Shown one piece after another: positions 8,781-17,422 of a stretch of 64,000 bases of DNA. Position numbers and translations under genes: made by a program. The stretch lies in assembly GCA_027485695.1 (NCBI GenBank), contig JAIXQO010000003.1, positions 866,932-930,931 on the forward strand, read 5' to 3'. Every line of letters begins with the position of its first letter. The stretch's first letter is position 1. The notes beneath the pieces are model-generated. The model worked only from the letters and a program-made list of their open reading frames with translations, had not been told where the DNA came from and did no database searches. This stretch comes from Pseudomonadota bacterium (lineage in GTDB: Bacteria; Bdellovibrionota; UBA1018).

Positions 8781-9703
8781 TAGGTATCTGGTTGTGGCAT
8801 GGATGCGTTCAAAGGGCCAATGAGTTTAAACTTGTAGCTGCCGTCTTTTTGCTTCATTTGCCCCAGAAGCGCATCGAGGAGCGAAAACGACTGCTGAAGC
8901 TTGGGAGAGAGCGAGAGCTCCACGCGGAGATTCGCATCGCTACTGTCGATGTATTGGGCGAGTTTCACGTCGCCTTTCAAGCTCACGTAGAGATCGTCAC
9001 TGGCGGCAGCGCGACCCAGTCGGAATGTCTTGATCTTGACGTTCGGTTGCGCGATTTCGATATCGATCGATCCCGTTGCCAAAGCGATTTTCGGAATTTG
9101 AAATCCTTGAATCTTGGTTTCATCAAGCGAGATGCGGCTCAGCTCCAGTCCGATCTGTCCGTTTTTCTCTTCGATTTGGATCGTACCTTTGACCTCGGCG
9201 GTGCCTTGAAGATCCGGGGATAAGAACGGCAGTACGCCGATTCGCCCGAGGTTCAATGACTCGATCTTGAGATCCGCTTCGGGTTTCTGGTTCTTGATGT
9301 AGACGGAGCCATAGATGCGGCCTTCGCCTTCTTCGAGAACAAGGTCTCCGCCGAGTTTGCCTTGAACGGCGGCGATGATCGATGGATGAAGCTCGAGTTT
9401 AGAAAAACTGAGGGCTTTTTGGGTGGCGGTCTTCAGGACTTTGACTCCGCTGAGTTCGTAATAAAGCCCGAAACCCAGCTTGATTTTGCCTTCGTCAGCC
9501 GACAGCGCATAGCCCATCGGAGCGATTTCTTGGTTGACCATGCCCAGAAGGGTAGCCGTGATCTTGGTTTGAGGAATGCGGAGTAGCGTAAAGAAAAGCA
9601 GGCAAAAAAGCGCGAAAAGCCCCCAGGAAACCGTCTTGAGGATGCGTTTAGATTTGGGTTCCTGAATTTCTTCGATCGAGATCGTATCTTCCATCAGATC
9701 CAT
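8780..9703 (-). CDS. gspN: type II secretion system protein N-like (membrane-anchored periplasmic protein)
   Basis: N-terminal TM 'VSWGLFALFCLLFFTLL'. It is the last gene of the gsp operon, directly after gspM, in the canonical position. The call rests on position and topology only. Confidence 0.5.
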   Translation of the reverse strand: MDLMEDTISIEEIQEPKSKRILKTVSWGLFALFCLLFFTLLRIPQTKITATLLGMVNQEIAPMGYALSADEGKIKLGFGLYYELSGVKVLKTATQKALSFSKLELHPSIIAAVQGKLGGDLVLEEGEGRIYGSVYIKNQKPEADLKIESLNLGRIGVLPFLSPDLQGTAEVKGTIQIEEKNGQIGLELSRISLDETKIQGFQIPKIALATGSIDIEIAQPNVKIKTFRLGRAAASDDLYVSLKGDVKLAQYIDSSDANLRVELSLSPKLQQSFSLLDALLGQMKQKDGSYKFKLIGPLNASMPQPDT

Positions 9704-9705
9704 TC

Positions 9706-10338
9706 CTACTTTTTCGGAGCTTGATAGGTGAGGAGCGAAAATTTGAGGTTCACATATCCGCTCTCATCCGGCTCGGTATCGACTTGGAGTGTCTTGACCT
9801 TGGCTGGACGTCCGCCGTTCTCGAGTTGAAAGACGAGTTTAACGAGTTGGCGTACGTTTACTTTTTTCACGTCGACATCGATCAGCTGCTCGCTGGGGGC
9901 TCCGTTTGATCCCGACTGAGCGGCTTGTTCGTTGACTTTGAGGTTCTCGGCCGCAATTCCCATTTGGGAGGCTTGCGTTTCAATGTACGCCGTCCACGGC
10001 TCGTCAGAGGCGCCCATCCCAGAGAGCGGATTGTTGTCGCGTAATCGACGAAGCTCATCTTGGGAGCGGTTGAGGTGTTTGATCAGCGCGAGTTTTTCAT
10101 CGAGTTCCGCTTGTTTGTCCGAGACCGAGCTATACATCAGGAGAGTGATGAGAACGAGGGCGGCAAACGATCCGAACACGCCCACCATCGAAGCGACTTG
10201 ACGATGTTTGGGGTCCAGTTCGTCCCATTTGGCGCGGATCTGTTGATACCAGACCTGTTCCTGGATCTTCTCTTGAAGCTGCTCGATCAGTTGAGAAAGC
10301 CTGGAGTTACTTGCCATCTTTCTTCCCTCCGGTTGCAC
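9706..10338 (-). CDS. gspM: type II secretion system protein M
   Basis: Bitopic topology: cytoplasmic N-terminus, TM 'VFGSFAALVLITLLMYS', and a periplasmic domain of about 130 aa. It follows gspL. The start may instead be the internal 'MASNSRL' methionine. Confidence 0.6.
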   Translation of the reverse strand: MQPEGRKMASNSRLSQLIEQLQEKIQEQVWYQQIRAKWDELDPKHRQVASMVGVFGSFAALVLITLLMYSSVSDKQAELDEKLALIKHLNRSQDELRRLRDNNPLSGMGASDEPWTAYIETQASQMGIAAENLKVNEQAAQSGSNGAPSEQLIDVDVKKVNVRQLVKLVFQLENGGRPAKVKTLQVDTEPDESGYVNLKFSLLTYQAPKK

Positions 10339-11956
10339 CGCTTGCAGACATGCGAAACACGAGTTTGTATTTCTTCAGTCCGTCGGCGCCGGTCACGTCC
10401 GTCATCGAATCCGTTTTGAATTGAGGGAACCGCGAGACGACGGCGTTTTTCAACCGTTCTCCTACCTGAGGAGACGCGACCCAGAACTCCATCTCAGAAG
10501 GGACTTGGCTGGTTGCAGTCGCCGAGCTTTGGGAGAATTTCATCAGATCAGTCACCACGTCGCGAGAAACGGCGGCGGAGAGATCCTTGAGAAAATCAAA
10601 AGGCGAAGAAGGATCCGGCTCCAGTAGCTTGAGGAGGCTTCGTTCCTTGTTGAGCTCGGAGTCGACGGCGCGTTTCAAACTCGAGGTGTTCGCCATGTAA
10701 TTTTTGAGAGTACCAGGGGCGATACCTGAGAAAAAATTTCGCGTCGCTTTTTCCAAGCCCGTGCTCGAGTCTTTGATCTGCGAATCGATCATCGAGGACT
10801 GGGTGAAAAGAATGATGATCGCGAGCACCATCGCGACTGAAAGCGTCTTCATCGGCTTGGCGACGAGCGATAGGTTGAGGCCGGGGCCTGAAGAGGTTCG
10901 CGCGAATTCTTTTTTGCGAAGGTTCACCAGAACGCTGCGTTCGGGGCTCGTCGCAGCAAGTGCGAGTCCAAGGGCGAGCGGGAAACGCACATCGGTTTGT
11001 TCAGAATAGGTGACCCGGCTCTCACCCAAGGAGCTGAGCGGTCTCAAGATGTGGGTCGAGATTTTCATTTCCTCCGCGAAAGTCGCGGAGAGGCCTGGCA
11101 TCAGTGCAGTGGGTCCAGCCAGGTAAATGGATCCGACACGTTGGGCGGTGACGGTTTTCGAACTCAGGTCCGCTTGCTTGACGTCGCGGATGAGTGGAGC
11201 GAGGCACTCGTAGACCGATGCCGCGAAATCGCGCTGCTCTTCGGAGACTTGCTCCATTTGAGTGATCGGAAGGACGAATCCGCTTTCGATTTTGGCTTTT
11301 TCGGCGGCTTCGATCGTTAGGTTGTAACGTTTCGAGAGTGCAATCGACATCTCGCGCGATCCCCAGGCGATCTCGCGACACAGGACAGGATTGCCCAAGT
11401 GCTGAACATAGATGGTCGTGCGTTCATGTCCAAGATTGACGAGCATGATCGGGCGATCCGTCGCCGTCAGTCCCGAAGAAATTTTTCTGAACAGAGCACG
11501 GTAGGCGGAAGCCTCCGTCGTGAGTACGTCCGGATCGACGCCAGATTCCCCGAGAAGCGCCAAATACTCGGCGACGTTCGTCTTCAAGGTCGCGGCCACG
11601 TGGATGGCCGTTTCATGGCCGACGGCGCCCAGGTTCACCCAGTCGTAAATCAAATCGTCTTCTTCGAATGGGAGGTCGTCCTCGATCTCGAAACGAACAC
11701 TGGATTGGATGGCTCTTTTGTCGCGGGTCGGAAGTTTGAGGTTCCGGAACGTGACCCGGTTGCTCTTGACGTTGGTGATGACACGGTCCGGTTTCTTTTT
11801 GAGCGAGGCAATCAGTTCGGCGGCCGCGACGGCGGGAGCGGTACCCGTCGGAACTTCGAGCTCATAGTACTCTTGTACTTCTGAGCGGCCAAAAGCCGAG
11901 TTCAGTTCAATCGCTTTGATACTGGTACTTCCAATGTCCAGTCCAAGAATTCTCAT
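10307..11956 (-). CDS. gspL: type II secretion system protein L (actin-like cytoplasmic domain + TM + periplasmic domain)
   Basis: N-terminus 'MRILGLDIGSTSIKAIEL' is an actin/ASKHA fold as in GspL/PilM. A mid-protein TM 'LSVAMVLAIIILF' is present. Position is between gspK and gspM. Confidence 0.75.
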   Translation of the reverse strand: MRILGLDIGSTSIKAIELNSAFGRSEVQEYYELEVPTGTAPAVAAAELIASLKKKPDRVITNVKSNRVTFRNLKLPTRDKRAIQSSVRFEIEDDLPFEEDDLIYDWVNLGAVGHETAIHVAATLKTNVAEYLALLGESGVDPDVLTTEASAYRALFRKISSGLTATDRPIMLVNLGHERTTIYVQHLGNPVLCREIAWGSREMSIALSKRYNLTIEAAEKAKIESGFVLPITQMEQVSEEQRDFAASVYECLAPLIRDVKQADLSSKTVTAQRVGSIYLAGPTALMPGLSATFAEEMKISTHILRPLSSLGESRVTYSEQTDVRFPLALGLALAATSPERSVLVNLRKKEFARTSSGPGLNLSLVAKPMKTLSVAMVLAIIILFTQSSMIDSQIKDSSTGLEKATRNFFSGIAPGTLKNYMANTSSLKRAVDSELNKERSLLKLLEPDPSSPFDFLKDLSAAVSRDVVTDLMKFSQSSATATSQVPSEMEFWVASPQVGERLKNAVVSRFPQFKTDSMTDVTGADGLKKYKLVFRMSASGATGGKKDGK

Positions 11957-11997
11957 GCGCGTGCACCCTCTGGCATTCTCGTGGTGTCAAAATCAGT

Positions 11998-12111
11998 ACT
12001 GAGAGATGAGAAATGGGTTCGTGAGTCCGCACCAGCGTGAAGCGTTCGCCTCGAAGAGGCGAGGGGCGGTAGGACAGGAGTCCGACGAACGAAAACATTT
12101 CTCATCTCTCA
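11998..12111 (-). ncRNA. intergenic structured element (copy 1): perfect 17-bp inverted repeat 'CTGAGAGATGAGAAATG' flanking a conserved core, in the gspL-gspK gap
   Basis: 11998-12014 is the exact reverse complement of 12095-12111. The core contains 'AGCGTGAAGCGTTCGCCTCGAAGAGGCGA' with an internal hairpin cgcctc-gaa-gaggcg. Confidence 0.45.
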
Positions 12112-13536
12112 GGATTCTCTCATAAAGGTGATTTTTAGGCCAATATTCGGCGTCGTAGTTGAGTTTGGATTTGCCGCCGCCGGGTCTTGTCCACCCGGAT
12201 TTTGGGGCTGTGCACCACTGCCGTCGGCCCCGTTTCCGCCAGCACCATTGGGGTTTGTCGTGTTGCCTTGGCGTCGGCCGGAATTGCTATCGGGTTTTAC
12301 CAGGGAGACCCAGGCCTCGATCACGCGCATGGCTTTATTGACTTCGGCGCTGACGGTGATCTTGAACGTCTCCTCATCGACGATGAAGTAAATGCCTTGA
12401 GAAGAGAATTTCTGTTTGAGTTCGGTCTCGGAGCGGCCAACGCTTCCAAACGCCTTGGCAATGTAGGTCCAGAATGCTTGAGCGTCCTTGAAGCGGTTAT
12501 CGGCTTCTTCGGAATCACGGAATTTGAAAAACTCCTCGACCTCCTCGTCGGTAACGCCTGGGAAAAGTGCACGTAGAAGAGGGGCTTCGAGCGTATTGAC
12601 GTTGATCCCGGTCGTCGGATTCGTCGTAAACAATGGTGCCAATAGCTGGTAGAGACCGTCATCAATCGGATGGATCATGCGAAGCTCGGAGACCGAGTAA
12701 AAAGGCGCACGTTTGTAAGGGATGACCTGACGACCGCTTCCGTTGCGTGGCTGGAACGAGGGGTCGATCCAACCAAAAATATTATCCATGAGCTCCTCAA
12801 TACTGAGGTCTCGGTACTCCTGGGCGAAATCGGTATCGTCTTTGAACTTCTGATTGATGGTGTTCGTGATGAACGCCGTGAGTTGCTCCCGGGCAGCTTT
12901 GGGGTCAGCCGAATTGGTCGGACTTGGATTCGGATTCGGGCGTCCGCGTGAACCGCCGCCCCCAAATCCACCGCCGCCGTCTTCGTCTTCGCGACCGCCG
13001 GCTCCTGCACTAGCACTCGGCGAAGGGGCTGGAGCTGCATAGGCGGGGAGCGCGGAGTTGATGTTCATGCGATTCGAATCGGACTCGATCGTCGCGGTGA
13101 ACCGACCCTGAAGACCGCTCTCGGTTTCGAACTTGGCAATCTCGTCCTTGGTGATGACGGGGATGCCGGGAACGTCTTTGGGGATCGGATAGGAGAACGG
13201 GAATTTCCAAACCTGTTCCAGCACCGTTGCTGGAATTGACGGCAGATTGGAGCCCTTGCCGCCCATGCCCCTGAGATTTTGATAGGCCTTGAGTCTGAGG
13301 AGGGAAATCTTAAGGCCGGTGAGCGCAAGGTAGTGAGCCTTGACCTGATCGGTGGCATCGAATGCAAGGCGCGCGTTCACTTGCGCGACGTATGTGAATT
13401 CGCTTACGAGCACCGAGAGAATCGTCACCGCCGAAAGCACCATGAATAGTGCGATCCCGGTTTCGTTCTTTTTCGGTTTGGACCGGAGGAGCGGAAAGCC
13501 CGTCCGGGCCCGCTCAATAAGTTTTTTCCAGTCCAT
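12109..13536 (-). CDS. gspK: type II secretion system minor pseudopilin K (with Gly/Pro-rich low-complexity insert)
   Basis: N-terminus 'GIALFMVLSAVTILSVLVSEFTYVAQVNARLA' is GspK-like. The ORF track extends to 13617, which would overlap gspJ by 104 nt, so I chose the internal start 'MDWKK' at 13536. Low-complexity segment 'GGREDEDGGGGFGGGGSRGRPNPNPSPTNS'. Confidence 0.7.
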   Translation of the reverse strand: MDWKKLIERARTGFPLLRSKPKKNETGIALFMVLSAVTILSVLVSEFTYVAQVNARLAFDATDQVKAHYLALTGLKISLLRLKAYQNLRGMGGKGSNLPSIPATVLEQVWKFPFSYPIPKDVPGIPVITKDEIAKFETESGLQGRFTATIESDSNRMNINSALPAYAAPAPSPSASAGAGGREDEDGGGGFGGGGSRGRPNPNPSPTNSADPKAAREQLTAFITNTINQKFKDDTDFAQEYRDLSIEELMDNIFGWIDPSFQPRNGSGRQVIPYKRAPFYSVSELRMIHPIDDGLYQLLAPLFTTNPTTGINVNTLEAPLLRALFPGVTDEEVEEFFKFRDSEEADNRFKDAQAFWTYIAKAFGSVGRSETELKQKFSSQGIYFIVDEETFKITVSAEVNKAMRVIEAWVSLVKPDSNSGRRQGNTTNPNGAGGNGADGSGAQPQNPGGQDPAAANPNSTTTPNIGLKITFMRES

Positions 13537-14377
13537 AAAAAGGCGTTCCCACATGAAGCGTGTATAGGCCGTCGAATCGAAGGCGTTGTCCTCCGATGAC
13601 TTCGATTTTGATTTCAACGAGGTCCGGATATTTTCCGTTCAGGTCGTCGTCGGTTTTTCCGTTATCCCATTTGTTCTGCCAGGATTTTTTATCGCGTCGA
13701 AAGTAGCGGAAAGTCATGGTCTTCACGCCAGGCAAGATATAATAGGCTTTTTTCCAGGTGTCTTTTTTCTCTTCGTCATCGAAGACGTTGGTGTCGACGA
13801 TCTTAACGAGCGTACGCGCGCCTTCTAAGCGGTAGTCTTCGTCTTTTTCTTCGCGAAGTTCATAGGTGACCTTGACGAATTCGCTCTCGGGACGGTCTTT
13901 GTAGAGTCGTTGATGCGAGGAAGTGATGAAACTCATCTTCTGCTCTTCGCCAACGAATCGAGAAAGCCTGACGCCGGTCTTAACGGTCGATGGGAGCCAG
14001 AAATCAGTGAGTTTTCCCAGTTCGGCGGCAGTCTCGAGTTCGTCCTGCGTGGGTGGTTGCGCTCCGGGCTGTTGTCCGAATCCACCCGGTTGACCTGGAA
14101 AACCCGGACGTTGCGGAGTTTTCGGCTTGGGGGGGAGGTAAGCGACCGGCGAAAAAAGCATGTTCAAGTCGCGCTCGACCAGTCCCATCGAGAGCCGAAT
14201 GCCGTTATAGAAATCGCCTTCGCGAATCAGCACGTCGCGCATACGAAACGTCTGGGTCATTGACTGATAGATCGCCAGACTGATGAAGATCAAAATCGTA
14301 ATCGAGATCAAAACTTCGAGAAGGGTGAAACCGGCTGTTCGTTCTCGTAGGCTTTGTTTTTTGCGCGCTGACACCAT
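13514..14377 (-). CDS. gspJ: type II secretion system minor pseudopilin J
   Basis: Prepilin N-terminus 'RERTAG|FTLLEVLISITILIFISLAIY'. I chose the internal start 'MVSARKK' (16-aa leader). The ORF track start at 14476 would give a 49-aa leader and an ATGA overlap with gspI. Confidence 0.7.
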   Translation of the reverse strand: MVSARKKQSLRERTAGFTLLEVLISITILIFISLAIYQSMTQTFRMRDVLIREGDFYNGIRLSMGLVERDLNMLFSPVAYLPPKPKTPQRPGFPGQPGGFGQQPGAQPPTQDELETAAELGKLTDFWLPSTVKTGVRLSRFVGEEQKMSFITSSHQRLYKDRPESEFVKVTYELREEKDEDYRLEGARTLVKIVDTNVFDDEEKKDTWKKAYYILPGVKTMTFRYFRRDKKSWQNKWDNGKTDDDLNGKYPDLVEIKIEVIGGQRLRFDGLYTLHVGTPFYGLEKTY

Positions 14378-14472
14378 GATGAAACTTTTTTCGACTTCCA
14401 AAAAAGCGTGATGCGTTCTCGCCGCAGGCGAGATTTTTGGGAGGATAGGAGTCCGGCAAGAAAAAAGTTTCA

Positions 14473-15018
14473 TCATGGTGTCAGACTAAATGGAGTTTCA
14501 AAATCCACCCAGTACATCGCGACCACGTAAGACTGTTCTCCTGCGCCTCGTTTCCATTTGACGGTGATCGTGATCTCTCGAATCGATTTCGAGAGGTAAT
14601 TGAAAATGACTTTGCCCATTTGCTCTTGCACGTTCGCATTCGACGAGCCGTCAGCGGGAGGTGCTTGATCTTCGGCCTCGGGATTCTGAAAAAGAGCCGA
14701 TATATTCGGGAACTCGATCTCCTTGACCTTACGTTCCCAGGAATAGTCTTGATAGGGGTCTTCGAACTGTCCCGATAGCTCCGTGCGAATCTCGCTGAAC
14801 GGTTTCCCGAGGATCTCGGCCTCAGTCATGGTCATGGCGTTTCGAGCGAGCATTCCGACGACGTTCATCTGTTTGGATTTCGCCGAAGTATTCAGGCTCG
14901 ATCGCTGGACCATGAGGATCGAGGCAAACGCGACAAGCATGATGGCCATGGCGATCATGACTTCAAGAAGCGTGAATCCTGAGCGGTTGTCGCGGAGGCG
15001 ACTCGGGAGGTGCCTCAT
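14473..15018 (-). CDS. gspI: type II secretion system minor pseudopilin I
   Basis: Prepilin motif 'NRSG|FTLLEVMIAMAIMLVAF'. Length 181 aa. 4-nt overlaps on both sides. Confidence 0.8.
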   Translation of the reverse strand: MRHLPSRLRDNRSGFTLLEVMIAMAIMLVAFASILMVQRSSLNTSAKSKQMNVVGMLARNAMTMTEAEILGKPFSEIRTELSGQFEDPYQDYSWERKVKEIEFPNISALFQNPEAEDQAPPADGSSNANVQEQMGKVIFNYLSKSIREITITVKWKRGAGEQSYVVAMYWVDFETPFSLTP

Positions 15019-15662
15019 TTTTGTGAGAAAACCTCCTCTTTGGGAATGTGCCGGTCATAGACGCGCGTGCGACCGACGATGGGTTGCACGACGAGCGTCG
15101 CTTTGTGACTGGAGTTATCTTGAAGGTGGATCATCGATTGCTCGATCATGCCGCCCGGGAAGAAGTGGATGTAGGCCTGGCCTTCAACGATCGCCTGGTC
15201 GTTTTGCTCGGTGATGACGTCCTCGAAGGAGACGCCTCGGGGCAGCGGGCGTTTGCCTTTGTTGATGCCTTTGATGATGACGAAAGATTCGGATTTTTTC
15301 TTTTCGGCTTCTTCGCGCTCTTTGAAGCTCATCCCGCGCGTGAGTCTTTCTTCGCGACGTTTGGAGTCTTCGGTGTCCATGAGGAATTGGGTCGGTCCCA
15401 TTTCAACCCAGAATTGGTTGGCCTTGATGTCAATTACGAGGCGATGAACCCGTTTGGTCATCATCGTCGTGTTGTAGGTTTCTTTGATGGTGGAGGCGAG
15501 TTCGCGAACGGAAGAGGAGAGGGAGATCTTGAATACGCCCGAGATGTTCGGGAGAGCGATGAGGCCCACGAGACCCAGGAGCGCGATCACGACGAGTAGC
15601 TCGATCAGCGTGAAGCCGGATCGACCACTGTTCGTGCGTGACCGCGCGTCCAGGAATCTCAT
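15015..15662 (-). CDS. gspH: type II secretion system minor pseudopilin H
   Basis: Prepilin motif 'GRSG|FTLIELLVVIALLGLVGLIALP'. Confidence 0.8.
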   Translation of the reverse strand: MRFLDARSRTNSGRSGFTLIELLVVIALLGLVGLIALPNISGVFKISLSSSVRELASTIKETYNTTMMTKRVHRLVIDIKANQFWVEMGPTQFLMDTEDSKRREERLTRGMSFKEREEAEKKKSESFVIIKGINKGKRPLPRGVSFEDVITEQNDQAIVEGQAYIHFFPGGMIEQSMIHLQDNSSHKATLVVQPIVGRTRVYDRHIPKEEVFSQK

Positions 15663-15666
15663 TTCG

Positions 15667-16128
15667 TTAGGTGTCCTCGGAGCTCAGATCTTTGTCGAGA
15701 TCTTCGCCTGCTTCTTTGCCGTCGGCGCCGAGCGATTTGATGACGTACTTGTTGCCGTCGCTCTCGTACATGAAGTCGTTGTTCCAGGAGTCTTTAGGAA
15801 CGGCTTTGTTCTTCATGTAGCCTTCGGGATCGTAGCTCTTGCACTCGCGACCGGTGGTTGGCTTGTGAATGAGTGCATCCAAACCTTGGTCGGTCGTCGG
15901 ATAGAATCCGCACTCGCGGCGGAAATCGTCGAGAACAACGCCCAGGTTCTTGATCTGGATCTTGGTTGAATCCACTTTTGCGCGGTTAAATTTATTGATG
16001 ACCGTTCCGCCGACGAACGTCGCCAAGATACCCAGGATCGCGATCACGATCAGGAGTTCGGTCAGGGTGAACGCTTGCGTGTTGCGAGCGACTTTGAGGA
16101 GGTTTTTCAATTTCATTTCGGTTTTCAT
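15667..16128 (-). CDS. gspG: type II secretion system major pseudopilin G
   Basis: 'AFTLTELLIVIAILGILATFV' with GspG-like length (153 aa). The -1 residue appears to be Ala rather than Gly. Confidence 0.85.
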   Translation of the reverse strand: MKTEMKLKNLLKVARNTQAFTLTELLIVIAILGILATFVGGTVINKFNRAKVDSTKIQIKNLGVVLDDFRRECGFYPTTDQGLDALIHKPTTGRECKSYDPEGYMKNKAVPKDSWNNDFMYESDGNKYVIKSLGADGKEAGEDLDKDLSSEDT

Positions 16129-16169
16129 AAACGTGTGGGTGGTTTCCTTTCTTAATACAGAGACGGGGA

Positions 16170-17405
16170 CTAGTTGATATTGCTCATATCGAGTAGAGGG
16201 AACATGACGGCCATCACGATGAAGCCGACGACGCCGCCCATGACGACGATCATCAGTGGTTCAAGTAGGGCAGTCATGCCTTCGATTCGGGCGGATACCT
16301 GCTCTTCGTAGGTTTCCGCGACGTTTTTCAGCATGTTCGGAAGTTCACCCGTTTTTTCGCCGATAGCGATCATGTGAATGACGACGGGAGGGAACTGTCC
16401 GCTCTTCTGAAGGGGGGATGCGATGGATTGACCCTCGGTGATGTTTTCGCGCGCGCTAGCGATCGCGTTTGCCATCTGGGTGTTGCCCACCAAGTTTCGT
16501 GAAATATTCATCGCCGACAAAATCGGTACGCCGGCTCCCAGTAGCGTCGACATCGTCGAAGCGAATCGGGTGACGCCGATCATTCGAACGAGCGTACCCA
16601 CGAGCGGGAGGCGGAGTTTGAACGCGTCCCACTGTGGTTTACCGTTTGGAGAATTGCTCCATCGATTGAAAAAGACGAGCCCACCAAACGCGCCTCCCAG
16701 GAGGAGCCACCAATAGCCGACCACGAAGTCACTCATATTGATGAGGACTTGGGTGATTGCGGGCATCGGCTTATTCATGCTGACGAAGATTTCTTTCATC
16801 TTCGGGATGACGAATGTGAACATCGCGATGAGAAGCAGGAACGCAACAGCCATCATGAGCGCGGGATAGGTCATGCCGGCTGCGACTTTGGAGCGAAGGC
16901 GCATCTGCGCTTCTTTGAGATCGGCAAGTTTAAGTAAGACTAGACCCAATGTGCCCGAGCTTTCGCCTGCTTCCACCATGTTCACGAAAATATTGTCGAA
17001 CACGCGCGGGTGCTTGCCGAGCGCCTTGGCGAGGCTCAGGCCCTCGTTGACGTCTTGTTTTACTTGAGCAAGCACGAGCTTGATCATCGGGTGTTCGGTT
17101 TGCTCGACCATCGCAGACAAACTCTCGACGAGCGTGATGTTGGCTTTGATCAAGCTTGCCAATTGGCGAGTCATCATCGCGACGTCCTTGACCGACGCCT
17201 TAGACGCAAAAAGCGAGTTTGCGGCTGCTTGCTCCGCTGCGCGACTTTGTTTAGACGACGCTGCCGCCGATTTCTCGGCAATCTCGAATACAGCCAGGCC
17301 CTGCTTCTTGAGCTTGAGGCGTGCGGCTTTCTGATTTTCTGAATCTACGATGCCGCGAGCAGGTTTTCCGGCGGAGTCGTAGGCTTTGTATTCGTAAATG
17401 GGCAC
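16170..17405 (-). CDS. gspF: type II secretion system inner-membrane platform protein F
   Basis: GspF/PilC family: 'MPIYEYKAYDSAGKPARGIVDSENQKAARLKLKKQGL'. Duplicated 4-helix cytoplasmic domains and 3 TM segments. Confidence 0.9.
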   Translation of the reverse strand: MPIYEYKAYDSAGKPARGIVDSENQKAARLKLKKQGLAVFEIAEKSAAASSKQSRAAEQAAANSLFASKASVKDVAMMTRQLASLIKANITLVESLSAMVEQTEHPMIKLVLAQVKQDVNEGLSLAKALGKHPRVFDNIFVNMVEAGESSGTLGLVLLKLADLKEAQMRLRSKVAAGMTYPALMMAVAFLLLIAMFTFVIPKMKEIFVSMNKPMPAITQVLINMSDFVVGYWWLLLGGAFGGLVFFNRWSNSPNGKPQWDAFKLRLPLVGTLVRMIGVTRFASTMSTLLGAGVPILSAMNISRNLVGNTQMANAIASARENITEGQSIASPLQKSGQFPPVVIHMIAIGEKTGELPNMLKNVAETYEEQVSARIEGMTALLEPLMIVVMGGVVGFIVMAVMFPLLDMSNIN

Positions 17406-17422
17406 GGTGGTTCAGTTTCTCC

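Noticed and set aside
13537-13617. Track starts for gspK (13617), gspJ (14476), the 26797 gene (27753), the peptidase (28421), DUF72 (50247) and the 56850 gene (57440)
   Set aside because: The long N-terminal extensions would create 100-nt overlaps or implausibly long leaders before prepilin and signal sequences. I chose internal starts placed just ahead of the signal, prepilin or family N-terminal motifs. The track starts remain possible.
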